Notes: a model not told the origin generated them from the sequence alone. DNA of 64,000 bases from an uncultured Nitrospiraceae bacterium (GCA_963706325.1 CAVPLT010000007.1:448001-512000), one strand, 5' to 3'. Positions 18,432 through 28,712 are shown, numbered from the stretch's first letter. Numbers and translations: made by a program.

Positions 18432-21400
18432 ATGTCGAACGCCATTAATCTATACTTTCAGAACGCCCAACTCTCGATGGCTGCATATGCCAACCTGACG
18501 ATCGAAATGTCGGCGCAGCGATATAAGGAAGCCTTAATGGCAAATGGCTTTACCGATGCGCTTGCCGATCAATTCGTTGCGACGTATACCATCGCTGAGG
18601 ATACCTTTGTCGATCCAGTGAGTGGATTGTCAGTCACTCTTTTTCAAAAGAATGGAAGTACTGAAAAAATCCTCGCCGTCCGGGGAACACAACGAAGTGA
18701 TATCAATGACTTGCTTGCAGATGGACTCTTGAGTCTTGGCGAAGGTTCGGCCCTGAACCCTCAGTATCGCGCGTTGCAGATGTATTACATCGAGTTGACT
18801 CAGCGAGGCAAGATTAGTCCCAGTGAACTCATCACGGTCACAGGCCATTCATTGGGGGGATTTCTCGCCCAGGCGTTGACAGTGGATAACCCAACTAGTA
18901 TCGCCCATACCTATACGTTTAATGCTCCCGGCACGGGAGGATTTCTGATTGAGGTATTGCAGCGATTGGGGGTGACGGAGGATTCAGTTCCTTCAAATCT
19001 GATTACTAACATCATAAGCAAGAATGGATTGTCGGTCGCTGCAGGCTTGGGTACCCAGGTTGGTATTCCGGTGAATATTTTTATTGAAACGGCGGCTCTT
19101 AATCTATCATTTCATGATCATCAGATCTCCACGGCTACTGATGCTTTAGCATTCTACGATTTGCTTGCGACTATTGATCCACATGTGGAGATTCCAACTG
19201 TCTCCAGCATTCTTGAGGCTAGTGCATCTCGAACCGACCTAAGTTTAGAAGCCGGACTTGATTCTTTACGCATTCTTTTTTTAGGGAATCGCACACCCAC
19301 TCCTCCGGGACCATCAGGATTGGGTGATCTCAATCGTGAAGCCTACTATGCTAATTTAATTGCCCTTCGCAATAGTCAGCTGTCAAACAACATCTATCAT
19401 ATCGCCAGCTTGTCCGGTATGCCGAGTAATTCAGTTTTTAGCCACGCCAAGGCACCCACCCCTGATGGACTCGCTTTTCGATATGCGCTGCGCGAACTCA
19501 ATCCCTTTGTCGTGACTGGCCTCGATTACGAATCCATTCACAATCAGGATCAATCCCTGAGCCTCTACGATACAACCACGGGAGATGGGAACTGGACATT
19601 GGTCGCCTTAAACGATCGGGCGGAGCTGCTGGCGGAGCGAATAGGCTTCGACACCATCGACGGTGTGGGGCCGGTACGTCTCAACAATTCCCGACCCACT
19701 CATTTTCTCGACATGGCCACTAATTTTGAGGTCGGGACCACTTTCCCGCACACTAACGATGTCATTTTTGGAACGGCAGAGAACGATCGTGCATTGGAGG
19801 GGAGAGCTAACGACGATCACCTGTATGGCGGTTTGGGAGATGACGTAATCTCTGGACTTGGCGAGAGAGATTATCTCGAGGGAAACGCTGGTGACGATGA
19901 GATATACGGAGGTTCGGGAAACGATATCTTGTTGGGCCAGCAAGGCAAAGACTTCCTTGATGGAGGCATCGGTGCCGATCGTATGAGCGGAGGTACAGGC
20001 GATGACAGGTACATAGTCGACGATGTTGGTGATGTCGTGACGGAAGTCGAAGACGGAGGAGTAGATGGGGTGTACGCCTCAACAAGCTTCTCGCTCGGCG
20101 CCCATATAGAAAATCTGACTCTCACGGGAGTTGATGATACATCAGGAGCGGGCAACAATTTAGACAATATCATCAAGGGCAACAATGGCAACAATCGTCT
20201 GAGTGGTCTGCGAGGTGACGACCTGCTTGAGGGCGGCGCCGGATTCGATACGTACATCTATCGCACCGGCGATGGTGTGGATCGTATCGAGGATAGCGAT
20301 GCGCAGGGACAGATCATTTTCGACGATCATATATTACAGGGTGGTGTTCATCGTACCGGTGATGCCGCGAATGTCTATACAAGTCTTGATGGCCGCACGA
20401 CCTATGTGATGGCTAATACCGATCTCATCGTGAACGGCTTGCTGACTGTCAACGAAAACTTTCAGAGCGGGCAGATGGGGATACAATTGCGGGATGTGTC
20501 AGGTCTGCCGCATGACATAGGAGTTCCTGTTGGTCATTTTTCTGATACCTATGCTGGAGACAACAATGACAATGACTACCTAGGCCGCAGTGCGATTGGT
20601 GCGCTTGCGATCTACGGAAATGGTGGCAATGACACGCTCTATGGGGACCATGCTCCCCCCACAGGGTCTTTCCAAGACCTGCTGGATGGGGGCGCTGGCA
20701 ATGACGTGTTCTTCGGCGGGTATGGCGACGATTATTTGGTCGGAGCTTCGGGGGATGACTACGCCTTCATGACTGAGGGTGACATGTTTTTGGGAGGCGA
20801 CGGCGATGATTATACGGTGGGCATCGCCGCTTATTGGGATACTACGGGTCCCCGAATAGGGAGTGGGGCGCATTACGCCGATGGTGGCGTCGGTAATGAC
20901 ACGCTGCTCGGAGAGATGGGTGCCGACGTTCTGCTGGGAGGAGACGGCGATGATATGTTGCGCGGTGAGAATCGGCCAAATGGGTGGCTGAGTCTGGTGT
21001 ATGACAACTTTATGTGGAATCGAACGGCGCAGGCAGCTGTGGTTTCGCCGTCTGGAGGAGATGATTATCTCGATGGAGGCGCGGGCAATGATCTGCTTGT
21101 CGGCGATGGGGGGAGTGACATCCTAATAGGCGGAGCGGGGGAGGATGTGCTTTATGGGGAGTCAGACTTTACCCAGCCTATTCCTGGTGAAGATTGGCTG
21201 GAGGGCGGTGAGGGAAATGATCGGCTGTTTGGGGGAGGCGGGGCCGACTTCCTTTCTGGAGGGGCAGGCGACGATCTCCTGATTGGGGATTTTGCCGAAG
21301 ATCCAGGAGCTGCGGACATTCTCGATGGAGGCGCTGGGGCTGACGAACTCCAAGGTGGGGGAGGCGACGATATTCTGTATGGTGGAATTGGAATGGATCG

Positions 21401-24400
21401 GCTCGCTGGCTTTGCCGGGGACGACATGCTTGACGGCGGTACGGACAATGATGAGTTGCTAGGAGGGCTTGGCAACGATTTTCTATGGGGAGGGCTTGGT
21501 AATGATCGTATAATAGGACAGGAGGGGGATGACACTCTCTCCGGTGACGGAGGAGACGATGAGCTGCAGGGAGAGATTGGGAACGATACCCTCTTTGGTG
21601 GCACTGGCAATGACGCTCTTTTTGGCCAGGATGGGGAGGATCTTCTTGATGGCGAGGATGGTGATGATCTTGTCATCGGTGGACTCGGCAATGATCAGCT
21701 TTACGGAGGAGACGGAAACGACGACGTGCAGGGTCGAGAGGGTGACGACCTGGTTGTCGGTGGGGCAGGCGACGATTTTATCTATGGGGACGGTAATAAC
21801 CCAACTGTCCTGAGTCTGATCGGTGGGAATGACATTCTGGATGGTGAGGAGGGCGACGATCAATTGTGGGGCGGTGCTGGACAGGATCAATTGTTTGGTG
21901 GCGATGGCGTGGATCAATTAGTAGGTGATGTGGGAGATGACACGTTGTTCGGGGACGCCGGTGATGACTACCTGTTCGGAGACTCGCCGCTGGTGGTGGG
22001 GCAAGCTGGCAATGATGTGCTGGATGGTGGCGAGGGGAATGACTTCCTTCAGGGAGAAGGCGGTGACGATGACCTCCACGGCGGGCCAGGAACTGACTAT
22101 TTGGTCGGAGGGGATGGACGCGATACCTATCGCTTCAATTTGGGGGACGGTGTCGATTCGATTCAGGATGATGCGAGACAGAGTAACAGACTGGTCTTTG
22201 GGTTAGGCATTACAACTGACTCCCTTAGTCTGGATGTCTCAACAGGTGACGGCCTTCTGGTGCGTGTCGGAAACAGTGGGGATACGGTTCAGATTATCGG
22301 TTTTGGGCTTAATTCCCCGGCGGAGTTACACACTATCGGTCGGTTCGAGTTCGCCGATGGTACGGTGTTGACGGACGCCGAATTGCTCGGAGGTGGATTT
22401 CATTTGTCCGCTCCAGAGATTGGTGGAATGGTGCTTGGAACGGCCTATGCTGATCTCATTGAAGGCAGCCAAGTGGAAGATGTCCTCTACGGACGCGATG
22501 GGAACGATGTCCTGCACGGAAACCAGGGCAATGACGTGTTACAGGGCGAAGAGGGAGATGATGAGTTGGACGGCGGAGCCGGCAACGATCGGTTATATGG
22601 AAGCGCTGGTAGAAATATCCTGCGAGGCGGGGCCGGGAATGACGTCCTGGATTCGGCAGGTGTTGGTGACCAGCTTTTTGGAGGGACTGGAGACGATACT
22701 TATCATCTTTGGTCAGCGTCGCAAATCATCGACGAGGAGGTGAACGCGGGGACTGATACTATCTATCTTGCGCCCACTGCGTCTCTCACTTTTCAGGCTC
22801 CGGATAACATTGAGAATGTCGAAATCCCGGAAGATTTTTACCTTGATCCTACTGTGCAAGTGAATATGGTAGGCAATGCCTTAGGTAATCAATTATCCGG
22901 CGCAAGCCGGCTTGATGGCCGGGGTGGAAGCGATACGCTTATCGGAATCGGCGATAACACATTCGTTTTTGGCCGTGGCTATGGATATGACACGGTGCAA
23001 ACGGGCACTCAACTGTATGCGCACACCGGTCTCGATAAGATCGAGTTTTTGTCGGACATCGCACCCGCCGATCTCGTGTTCGAGAACCACGCCAATGACC
23101 TAGTCGTAAGAGTCAATGGAACCACAGATCAATTGACTGTAGCGTCCTACTTTGTCTCGCCGAGCGGCATAGTCGACCAGTTTGTCTTTACTGATGGAAC
23201 GATGTGGAGTTCCAACGACATCGAGAGTCGGACGCACGGTTTTGTCGGCAGCATGACGGACGAGACATTCTATGGCACCTCCAGTGACGATACCATCCGC
23301 GGACTAGGCGGGAACGACCAAATACGGGCATCAGCTGGCAACGATATTCTCGACGGAGGGACAGGAAACGATTTCTTGGAAGGCGGGTCTGGAAATGACA
23401 CCTATGTGTTTGGCCTAGGATATGGAGAAGACTTCATTGACGAACAAGGCGATGCCTCCGATATTGATACACTTCAACTCGAAGGAATTAATCCGAGCGA
23501 TATTACGTTGCATGCGACGCCTGATTTTATGACCGATGCCATCCTGACGATTAATAATACCGCTGATCAATTGCTTCTCGCCGGATTCTTCTCCTTTGAT
23601 TCGCTCCGCGTAGATCGGTTCCAATTCGCTGATGGCACGGTGTGGGATTACAACGCCATGCTCGCTCACACGGAAGGCGTAACGCTTGAGGGCACCGAAG
23701 ATCAAGATTTTCTATACGGAAATGTCACAAACGATGTGTTATCGGGATTAGGAGGAGACGATGTCCTGAGTGGAGGAGCTGGCCACGATACACTCTTTGG
23801 CGGCGCCGGAGCTGATCAGCTCACTGGCTCTGCCGGCAACGACCTTCTGGATGGAGGAACGGATGTCGATGTCATGAACGGCGGATCAGGAAATGACATC
23901 TACATGGTAGATAATATTGGCGATGCAGTGACCGAACAGGCAGTTCAGGGCACCGACACCGTTCAAAGCAGCATCGCCTATGCACTGGGTGCGAATCTGG
24001 AAAATCTCACCCTGACCGGCAGTGCTTCCATCAACGGAACGGGGAACTCATTGAATAACACGTTAACCGGCAATAGCGGAGCCAATGTCTTATCCGGTGG
24101 TACAGGCAATGATACCTATGTCGTCGATACCGGTGATTCTGTGATTGAGTTGTCTGGCCAGGGCACGGATACCATACAAAGCGTTGTCACGTATATGTTG
24201 GGTTCGAATGTCGAAAATCTGACGCTCATCGGAACTGCGGCGATAGACGGCACGGGCAACACGTTGAATAACGTGCTGGTCGGCAACAGCAATGCGAATG
24301 TGTTGAACGGCTGGATCGGGGCTGACGCGATGTCTGGCGGCACCGGCGATGATACGTATGTCGTCGATAATGCCGGAGATACCGTAACGGAGAATGCGAA

Positions 24401-26090
24401 TGCTGGTACCGACACGGTGCAAAGCTCTCTCACCTACACCCTCGGTGCCAATGTCGAGAACCTTACACTGACTGGAACAACAGCCATTAATGGCACGGGT
24501 AACGCACTGAATAACGTACTCAGTGGCAACAGTGGTGCGAATGTGCTCAGTGGCGGGACCGGCGCCGATGTGATGGCTGGGGGGACTGGAAATGATACCT
24601 ACGTCGTCGACCATGTGGGAGATGTGGTGACCGAAAATGCAGGTGGGGGGACTGATCTGGTGCAGAGCTCTATCACATATGTCTTGGAAAGCGAGGTTGA
24701 AAACCTCACATTGACGGGTGCTTCGGCGATCAATGGCACCGGAAATGCCTTGAACAACAGCCTCACCGGCAACACCGGAAACAACATTCTGGATGGAGGC
24801 TCTGGTGCCGATGCGCTGGCCGGATGGACTGGCAATGATACTTATGTGGTCGATAATCTCGGGGACACGGTGACCGAAGCCGCGAGCGCCGGTACGGACG
24901 CGGTGCAGAGTGCGGTCACATGGACGTTGGGCTCAAATATTGAAAATTTGACGCTCACTGGCACAGCGGCGATCAACGCCACCGGGAATACGTTAAACAA
25001 TGTCATCATCGGCAACGGTGCCGCCAACGTGATAAGTGGAGGGACAGGGGCCGATGCGATGTCTGGAGGGGCCGGCGACGACACCTATGTCATCGATAAT
25101 GCTGGAGATACAGTGGCCGAGAACGCGGGCGCTGGTACCGACACGGTGCAAAGCTCTCTCACCTACATCCTCGGTGCCAATGTCGAGAACCTTACGTTGA
25201 CCGGAACGACGGCCATCAATGGAACAGGCAATGCCTTGGACAACATCCTCACTGGCAATAGTGGGGCGAATATGCTTACTGGGGGTGCCGGCAACGATAC
25301 TTATGTCGTTGGGACTGGCGATTCGGTGGCAGAAAATGCCAATGCAGGCATTGATACGGTTCAAAGCTCCGTCACATGGACCTTGGGTGGCAATCTTGAG
25401 AACTTGACCCTCACTGGCTCGACGGCTATCAATGGGACGGGCAATACCATGGATAACATTCTGACTGGCAACATTGCCGCGAACGTCTTAACCGGGGGGG
25501 CGGGTAACGACACCTACGTAGTAGGGGCAGGTGATTCAGTGGTCGAAAGCGCCAGTGCGGGAACCGATACAGTTCGGAGTTCCGTTGCGTGGACGTTGGG
25601 CACCAATCTCGAGAACTTGACCTTGACCGGCACATCGGCGGTCAACGGTACTGGCAATGCCTCCAACAATGCGCTGGGGGGGAATAGTGCAAATAATATC
25701 CTCAGTGGGCTCGGAGGCAGTGATATGTACTTGTATAACCGAGGTGGTGGCCAGGATACGGTGATCGACAATGCGGGCGCAGCCGACAGCATTCTGTTCG
25801 AGGCCACGATAAATCCCATGGATTTGGTGCTCAGCCGACAGACGAATGATTTGCGACTCGCTATCCATGGCAGCACGGACCAGGTCACGATTCAGAACTG
25901 GTATGGGGGCGCGACAAATCAAACGGAAATGATTCAGGCCGGCAATGGCCAGACGCTATTGAATACGCAGGTTAATCAATTGATCCAAGCGATGGCGTCC
26001 TTTAGCCAGCAGACTGGTCTGACCTGGGACCAGGCGATCGATCAGCGACCGCAGGAGGTCCAGACGGTCCTTGCCGCGAACTGGCACTAA
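18432..26090 (+). CDS. Large RTX (calcium-binding) protein with N-terminal class-3-lipase-like domain; T1SS substrate
   Basis: LAVRGT, VTGHSLGG and TFNAPG motifs; dozens of GGxGxD nonapeptides; C-terminal QVNQLIQAMASF secretion-signal-like segment; no Sec signal. Confidence 0.93.
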   Translation: MSNAINLYFQNAQLSMAAYANLTIEMSAQRYKEALMANGFTDALADQFVATYTIAEDTFVDPVSGLSVTLFQKNGSTEKILAVRGTQRSDINDLLADGLLSLGEGSALNPQYRALQMYYIELTQRGKISPSELITVTGHSLGGFLAQALTVDNPTSIAHTYTFNAPGTGGFLIEVLQRLGVTEDSVPSNLITNIISKNGLSVAAGLGTQVGIPVNIFIETAALNLSFHDHQISTATDALAFYDLLATIDPHVEIPTVSSILEASASRTDLSLEAGLDSLRILFLGNRTPTPPGPSGLGDLNREAYYANLIALRNSQLSNNIYHIASLSGMPSNSVFSHAKAPTPDGLAFRYALRELNPFVVTGLDYESIHNQDQSLSLYDTTTGDGNWTLVALNDRAELLAERIGFDTIDGVGPVRLNNSRPTHFLDMATNFEVGTTFPHTNDVIFGTAENDRALEGRANDDHLYGGLGDDVISGLGERDYLEGNAGDDEIYGGSGNDILLGQQGKDFLDGGIGADRMSGGTGDDRYIVDDVGDVVTEVEDGGVDGVYASTSFSLGAHIENLTLTGVDDTSGAGNNLDNIIKGNNGNNRLSGLRGDDLLEGGAGFDTYIYRTGDGVDRIEDSDAQGQIIFDDHILQGGVHRTGDAANVYTSLDGRTTYVMANTDLIVNGLLTVNENFQSGQMGIQLRDVSGLPHDIGVPVGHFSDTYAGDNNDNDYLGRSAIGALAIYGNGGNDTLYGDHAPPTGSFQDLLDGGAGNDVFFGGYGDDYLVGASGDDYAFMTEGDMFLGGDGDDYTVGIAAYWDTTGPRIGSGAHYADGGVGNDTLLGEMGADVLLGGDGDDMLRGENRPNGWLSLVYDNFMWNRTAQAAVVSPSGGDDYLDGGAGNDLLVGDGGSDILIGGAGEDVLYGESDFTQPIPGEDWLEGGEGNDRLFGGGGADFLSGGAGDDLLIGDFAEDPGAADILDGGAGADELQGGGGDDILYGGIGMDRLAGFAGDDMLDGGTDNDELLGGLGNDFLWGGLGNDRIIGQEGDDTLSGDGGDDELQGEIGNDTLFGGTGNDALFGQDGEDLLDGEDGDDLVIGGLGNDQLYGGDGNDDVQGREGDDLVVGGAGDDFIYGDGNNPTVLSLIGGNDILDGEEGDDQLWGGAGQDQLFGGDGVDQLVGDVGDDTLFGDAGDDYLFGDSPLVVGQAGNDVLDGGEGNDFLQGEGGDDDLHGGPGTDYLVGGDGRDTYRFNLGDGVDSIQDDARQSNRLVFGLGITTDSLSLDVSTGDGLLVRVGNSGDTVQIIGFGLNSPAELHTIGRFEFADGTVLTDAELLGGGFHLSAPEIGGMVLGTAYADLIEGSQVEDVLYGRDGNDVLHGNQGNDVLQGEEGDDELDGGAGNDRLYGSAGRNILRGGAGNDVLDSAGVGDQLFGGTGDDTYHLWSASQIIDEEVNAGTDTIYLAPTASLTFQAPDNIENVEIPEDFYLDPTVQVNMVGNALGNQLSGASRLDGRGGSDTLIGIGDNTFVFGRGYGYDTVQTGTQLYAHTGLDKIEFLSDIAPADLVFENHANDLVVRVNGTTDQLTVASYFVSPSGIVDQFVFTDGTMWSSNDIESRTHGFVGSMTDETFYGTSSDDTIRGLGGNDQIRASAGNDILDGGTGNDFLEGGSGNDTYVFGLGYGEDFIDEQGDASDIDTLQLEGINPSDITLHATPDFMTDAILTINNTADQLLLAGFFSFDSLRVDRFQFADGTVWDYNAMLAHTEGVTLEGTEDQDFLYGNVTNDVLSGLGGDDVLSGGAGHDTLFGGAGADQLTGSAGNDLLDGGTDVDVMNGGSGNDIYMVDNIGDAVTEQAVQGTDTVQSSIAYALGANLENLTLTGSASINGTGNSLNNTLTGNSGANVLSGGTGNDTYVVDTGDSVIELSGQGTDTIQSVVTYMLGSNVENLTLIGTAAIDGTGNTLNNVLVGNSNANVLNGWIGADAMSGGTGDDTYVVDNAGDTVTENANAGTDTVQSSLTYTLGANVENLTLTGTTAINGTGNALNNVLSGNSGANVLSGGTGADVMAGGTGNDTYVVDHVGDVVTENAGGGTDLVQSSITYVLESEVENLTLTGASAINGTGNALNNSLTGNTGNNILDGGSGADALAGWTGNDTYVVDNLGDTVTEAASAGTDAVQSAVTWTLGSNIENLTLTGTAAINATGNTLNNVIIGNGAANVISGGTGADAMSGGAGDDTYVIDNAGDTVAENAGAGTDTVQSSLTYILGANVENLTLTGTTAINGTGNALDNILTGNSGANMLTGGAGNDTYVVGTGDSVAENANAGIDTVQSSVTWTLGGNLENLTLTGSTAINGTGNTMDNILTGNIAANVLTGGAGNDTYVVGAGDSVVESASAGTDTVRSSVAWTLGTNLENLTLTGTSAVNGTGNASNNALGGNSANNILSGLGGSDMYLYNRGGGQDTVIDNAGAADSILFEATINPMDLVLSRQTNDLRLAIHGSTDQVTIQNWYGGATNQTEMIQAGNGQTLLNTQVNQLIQAMASFSQQTGLTWDQAIDQRPQEVQTVLAANWH
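23880..25720 (+). repeat. Eight tandem 213/243-bp (71/81-aa) coding repeats in the RTX gene
   Basis: ENLTL codons start at 24000, 24213, 24456, 24699, 24942, 25185, 25398 and 25611. Confidence 0.9.
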
Positions 26091-26393
26091 AGTGCAGCTT
26101 ATGTCGCCCCGGATTCCTGCGGGGCCATCTTCCTTTCCAATCGCGATCTCTCTTTCGCCCTCTCAGAATTGTTTCATCTAATCTGGCCTCCCTTCCTATT
26201 TTCCAGGCCTTCACTTCGAGAAAAGTGGCGAATTACTGTGGTTAAAGGGCTTTGTGGTCCCGTACCGAAGAGGTACAGCCTCCGTGTAATGGCCGAACTG
26301 GGCTTCGCGGGTACATTTAGAACATCGATGCAACGCAAGAAATCAGCCCCATCACCGCACGCCCCCATGCCGGCGCTGCTTAGGAGGTCTACG

Positions 26394-26892
26394 ATGTCAC
26401 GACGAACCATTCTCTCCCTCGCCCTATGGACGCTGATCGCCGGTGGCTTCGAAGGGTGTACGACGATGGGTAAGCCCGGCTCTTCCACGACGTTACCGAG
26501 TAGCGCATTCTTCTCCGTCGATGCCAATGAGTTGAAACCACTTCAAGCCATTGCTCATGCACAAGATAGTCCGCATGAAGAATTGCCATAAAGGGTCGGC
26601 CTGCGAGGAAGCCTACTACACCCGGGGCTTGGTCGCCCTGTTCGAGAATCGGGCCGATGCCATTACGGTGTTTCAAGAGTTACACACGGCGATGCCGAAT
26701 AATCGCTATGAGGTAGCCACCACCGGGTGGTTGAATCTTCTACAGGATACCGCGCCCTCATCTATCCATAGCAAAGCGCTGATGCTTCAGTTGAAACAAG
26801 AAGTGCTTCACAATCTGTTGGAACGGTCTGACCTTGCGACGGTTCGAAGTGTAAAAGACCATGACCGCCGGGTCGCAGAGCTCAATCGCTAG
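26394..26892 (+). pseudogene. Lipoprotein of unknown function split by a +1 frameshift near 26568
   Basis: AGGAGG RBS, signal peptide with FEGC lipobox. Frame changes at CAAGATAGTCCGCATG and continues RMKNCHKGSACEEAYYTRGLVALF to TAG 26892. Span is 499 nt (3n+1). Confidence 0.7.
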
Positions 26893-26917
26893 TTCCGCTG
26901 TCTCCACCTCCTGTTCA

Positions 26918-26948
26918 CCCGACCGGCATCGCTCCTATGCCGGTCGGG
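26918..26948 (+). terminator. 12-bp stem-loop after the lipoprotein gene
   Basis: CCCGACCGGCAT-N7-ATGCCGGTCGGG; no U tail. Confidence 0.4.
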
Positions 26949-27154
26949 GGCGCCCCACCGCGGTTATCTTCTCCACGTCAATTTCAGCAGATACCCTTAA
27001 AAGGCATTGTGTGTGTGGCATCCTCACCGTGCCTGATAAATCGCATGCACCTCTCATGCCCTTGCGCCCTTGCAGTTGAGTTTGCAAGGAGGCACGGCTA
27101 CACTCTTCCTAAGAGCGATGGATTTCTAAGCGCCTGCTGCCGGTGGAGGTGTGT

Positions 27155-28012
27155 ATGTATGTATTCATTATGACCATCCTAGCGTTCCTGGCCATCATCA
27201 ACGGGGCTCCTTTGGCCGTAGCGGGCGAATTATCAGCCAGCCAGAACGGCCAACAGGCGGCAGTCGAAACGGTCAAAGGGAAAGATGGCGCGCCGATGAT
27301 TCTGATTCCCTCCGGTCCGTTTACAATGGGAAGTAATGATGGTCTGCCTGCCGAGCGGCCGGAGCATTCGGTGACACTCGACGCCTATTTTATCGATCGA
27401 TATGAAGTCTCGTTGCAGCTGTATGGAACGTTTCTTCAGGAAGCGCAACATGATGCACCCTCGACATGGGATGATGAGGCAGTCATGACCGTCGGCGATC
27501 GTCCGGCTGTCGGAATGGTATGGGCGGATGCAGCAGCCTACTGCGCCTGGGCCGGGAAGCGCCTTCCGACGGAAGCCGAATGGGAAAAAGCCGCGCGTGG
27601 CACTGACGGGCGTCGTTATCCGTGGGGGCACATGCAACCGTTTGTGGACATTGCCAATTACAATCGCGGTGTGTGGGTGAGCGAAGCCATCACCCTTGCG
27701 TCAGTTTCCAGCGGAGTTGAGGGGATGAGCGTGCGCCACGGCTTAAAAGACGGCGGCAGAAGTCCGTATGGTTTGCACCACATGGCGGGGAATGCGGCTG
27801 AATGGGTAACCGATTGGTATGATCGTGAGTACTATTCGAAGAGTCCGGAGAAGAATCCCACGGGTCCTGACAAGGGTGAGAAAAAGGTACTTCGAGGAGG
27901 ATCTTGGGCCGATTTGCCGATTGGATTGAGAGTGTCAGCTCGCATGTCGGCAGAGCCTGACTTTCAGGATCGAACCATTGGGTTTCGCTGCGCCATGGAT
28001 AACAAGAAATAG
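27155..28012 (+). CDS. Exported formylglycine-generating-enzyme (SUMF1/FGE-sulfatase) domain protein
   Basis: FTMGS, KRLPTEAEWEKAARG, YPWG, MAGNAAEW, RGGSW, GFRCA; signal peptide; GGAGG RBS. Confidence 0.92.
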   Translation: MYVFIMTILAFLAIINGAPLAVAGELSASQNGQQAAVETVKGKDGAPMILIPSGPFTMGSNDGLPAERPEHSVTLDAYFIDRYEVSLQLYGTFLQEAQHDAPSTWDDEAVMTVGDRPAVGMVWADAAAYCAWAGKRLPTEAEWEKAARGTDGRRYPWGHMQPFVDIANYNRGVWVSEAITLASVSSGVEGMSVRHGLKDGGRSPYGLHHMAGNAAEWVTDWYDREYYSKSPEKNPTGPDKGEKKVLRGGSWADLPIGLRVSARMSAEPDFQDRTIGFRCAMDNKK

Positions 28013-28116
28013 TTCCGCACCGGCTCTAAAACCGATCGATTTTTAGGGACCTGTTATCTGAAGAGCATGGATGCATTTCACCGGTGACATCTCTGTAAGG
28101 TCTGCGTTCATCATCG

Positions 28117-28638
28117 ATGCCTGATTTCGTTTCTCCGCCATCCGTGCCACCGACGAACCAGAAAAACAAAGCCCTGGGGATATTTGCGGCCGGGTTTGTG
28201 ATGCTGGTCGCCTTAGCTGCGATCCGGAGTGGTTTGCCGTCTTCTGAGTCGCTTCGGCAGGTCCCGAAAATCGATTCCACAATGATCCCGTTGGTAACTG
28301 GCGACGAGCCGATCCAAGAGTTGTTTGTGCGTTCCGGCTGTCCGGTCTGTCATCAGATCCCTGGTATTGGCGGGGCGAACGGACAGGTGGGTCCTCCACT
28401 TTGGCTCGGGAAGACGGGGGCGATGCGTCTTGCTGATCCGCAGTATCATGGTCAGGCACAGACTGTTCGTGAGTATATCGTCGAGTCCATCGTGTCGCCT
28501 GGGACGTATGTCGTGCCCGGATTTCCCGCGGATACAATGCCGACCTGGTATGGACGGAAGTTGAGCGCCAATGCGTTAAGTAAGATTGTCTCGTATCTTG
28601 AGTCAGCCACGGAGGTGAAGCCGTCTGAGATACCTTAA
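28117..28638 (+). CDS. Membrane-anchored monoheme c-type cytochrome
   Basis: TM helix, CPVCH heme motif, GPPL, YIVESIVSP...MP distal Met. Confidence 0.85.
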   Translation: MPDFVSPPSVPPTNQKNKALGIFAAGFVMLVALAAIRSGLPSSESLRQVPKIDSTMIPLVTGDEPIQELFVRSGCPVCHQIPGIGGANGQVGPPLWLGKTGAMRLADPQYHGQAQTVREYIVESIVSPGTYVVPGFPADTMPTWYGRKLSANALSKIVSYLESATEVKPSEIP

Positions 28639-28712
28639 ATGTGAGGGCTTTGGTTGTGATTGAGAAATGGACTGATGTCTGAGGGCGATCTGCTTTCACA
28701 ACGCTGGAATCG

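Noticed and set aside
18432..20000. FrpC-type self-processing module or HlyA-type pore-forming domain
   Set aside because: I recognised no SPM-like DPL segment, no hydrophobic pore-forming region and no hlyC.
19800..25720. CRISPR-like or non-coding repeat array
   Set aside because: The repeats are degenerate, codon-phased RTX coding repeats with no constant repeat/unique spacer structure.
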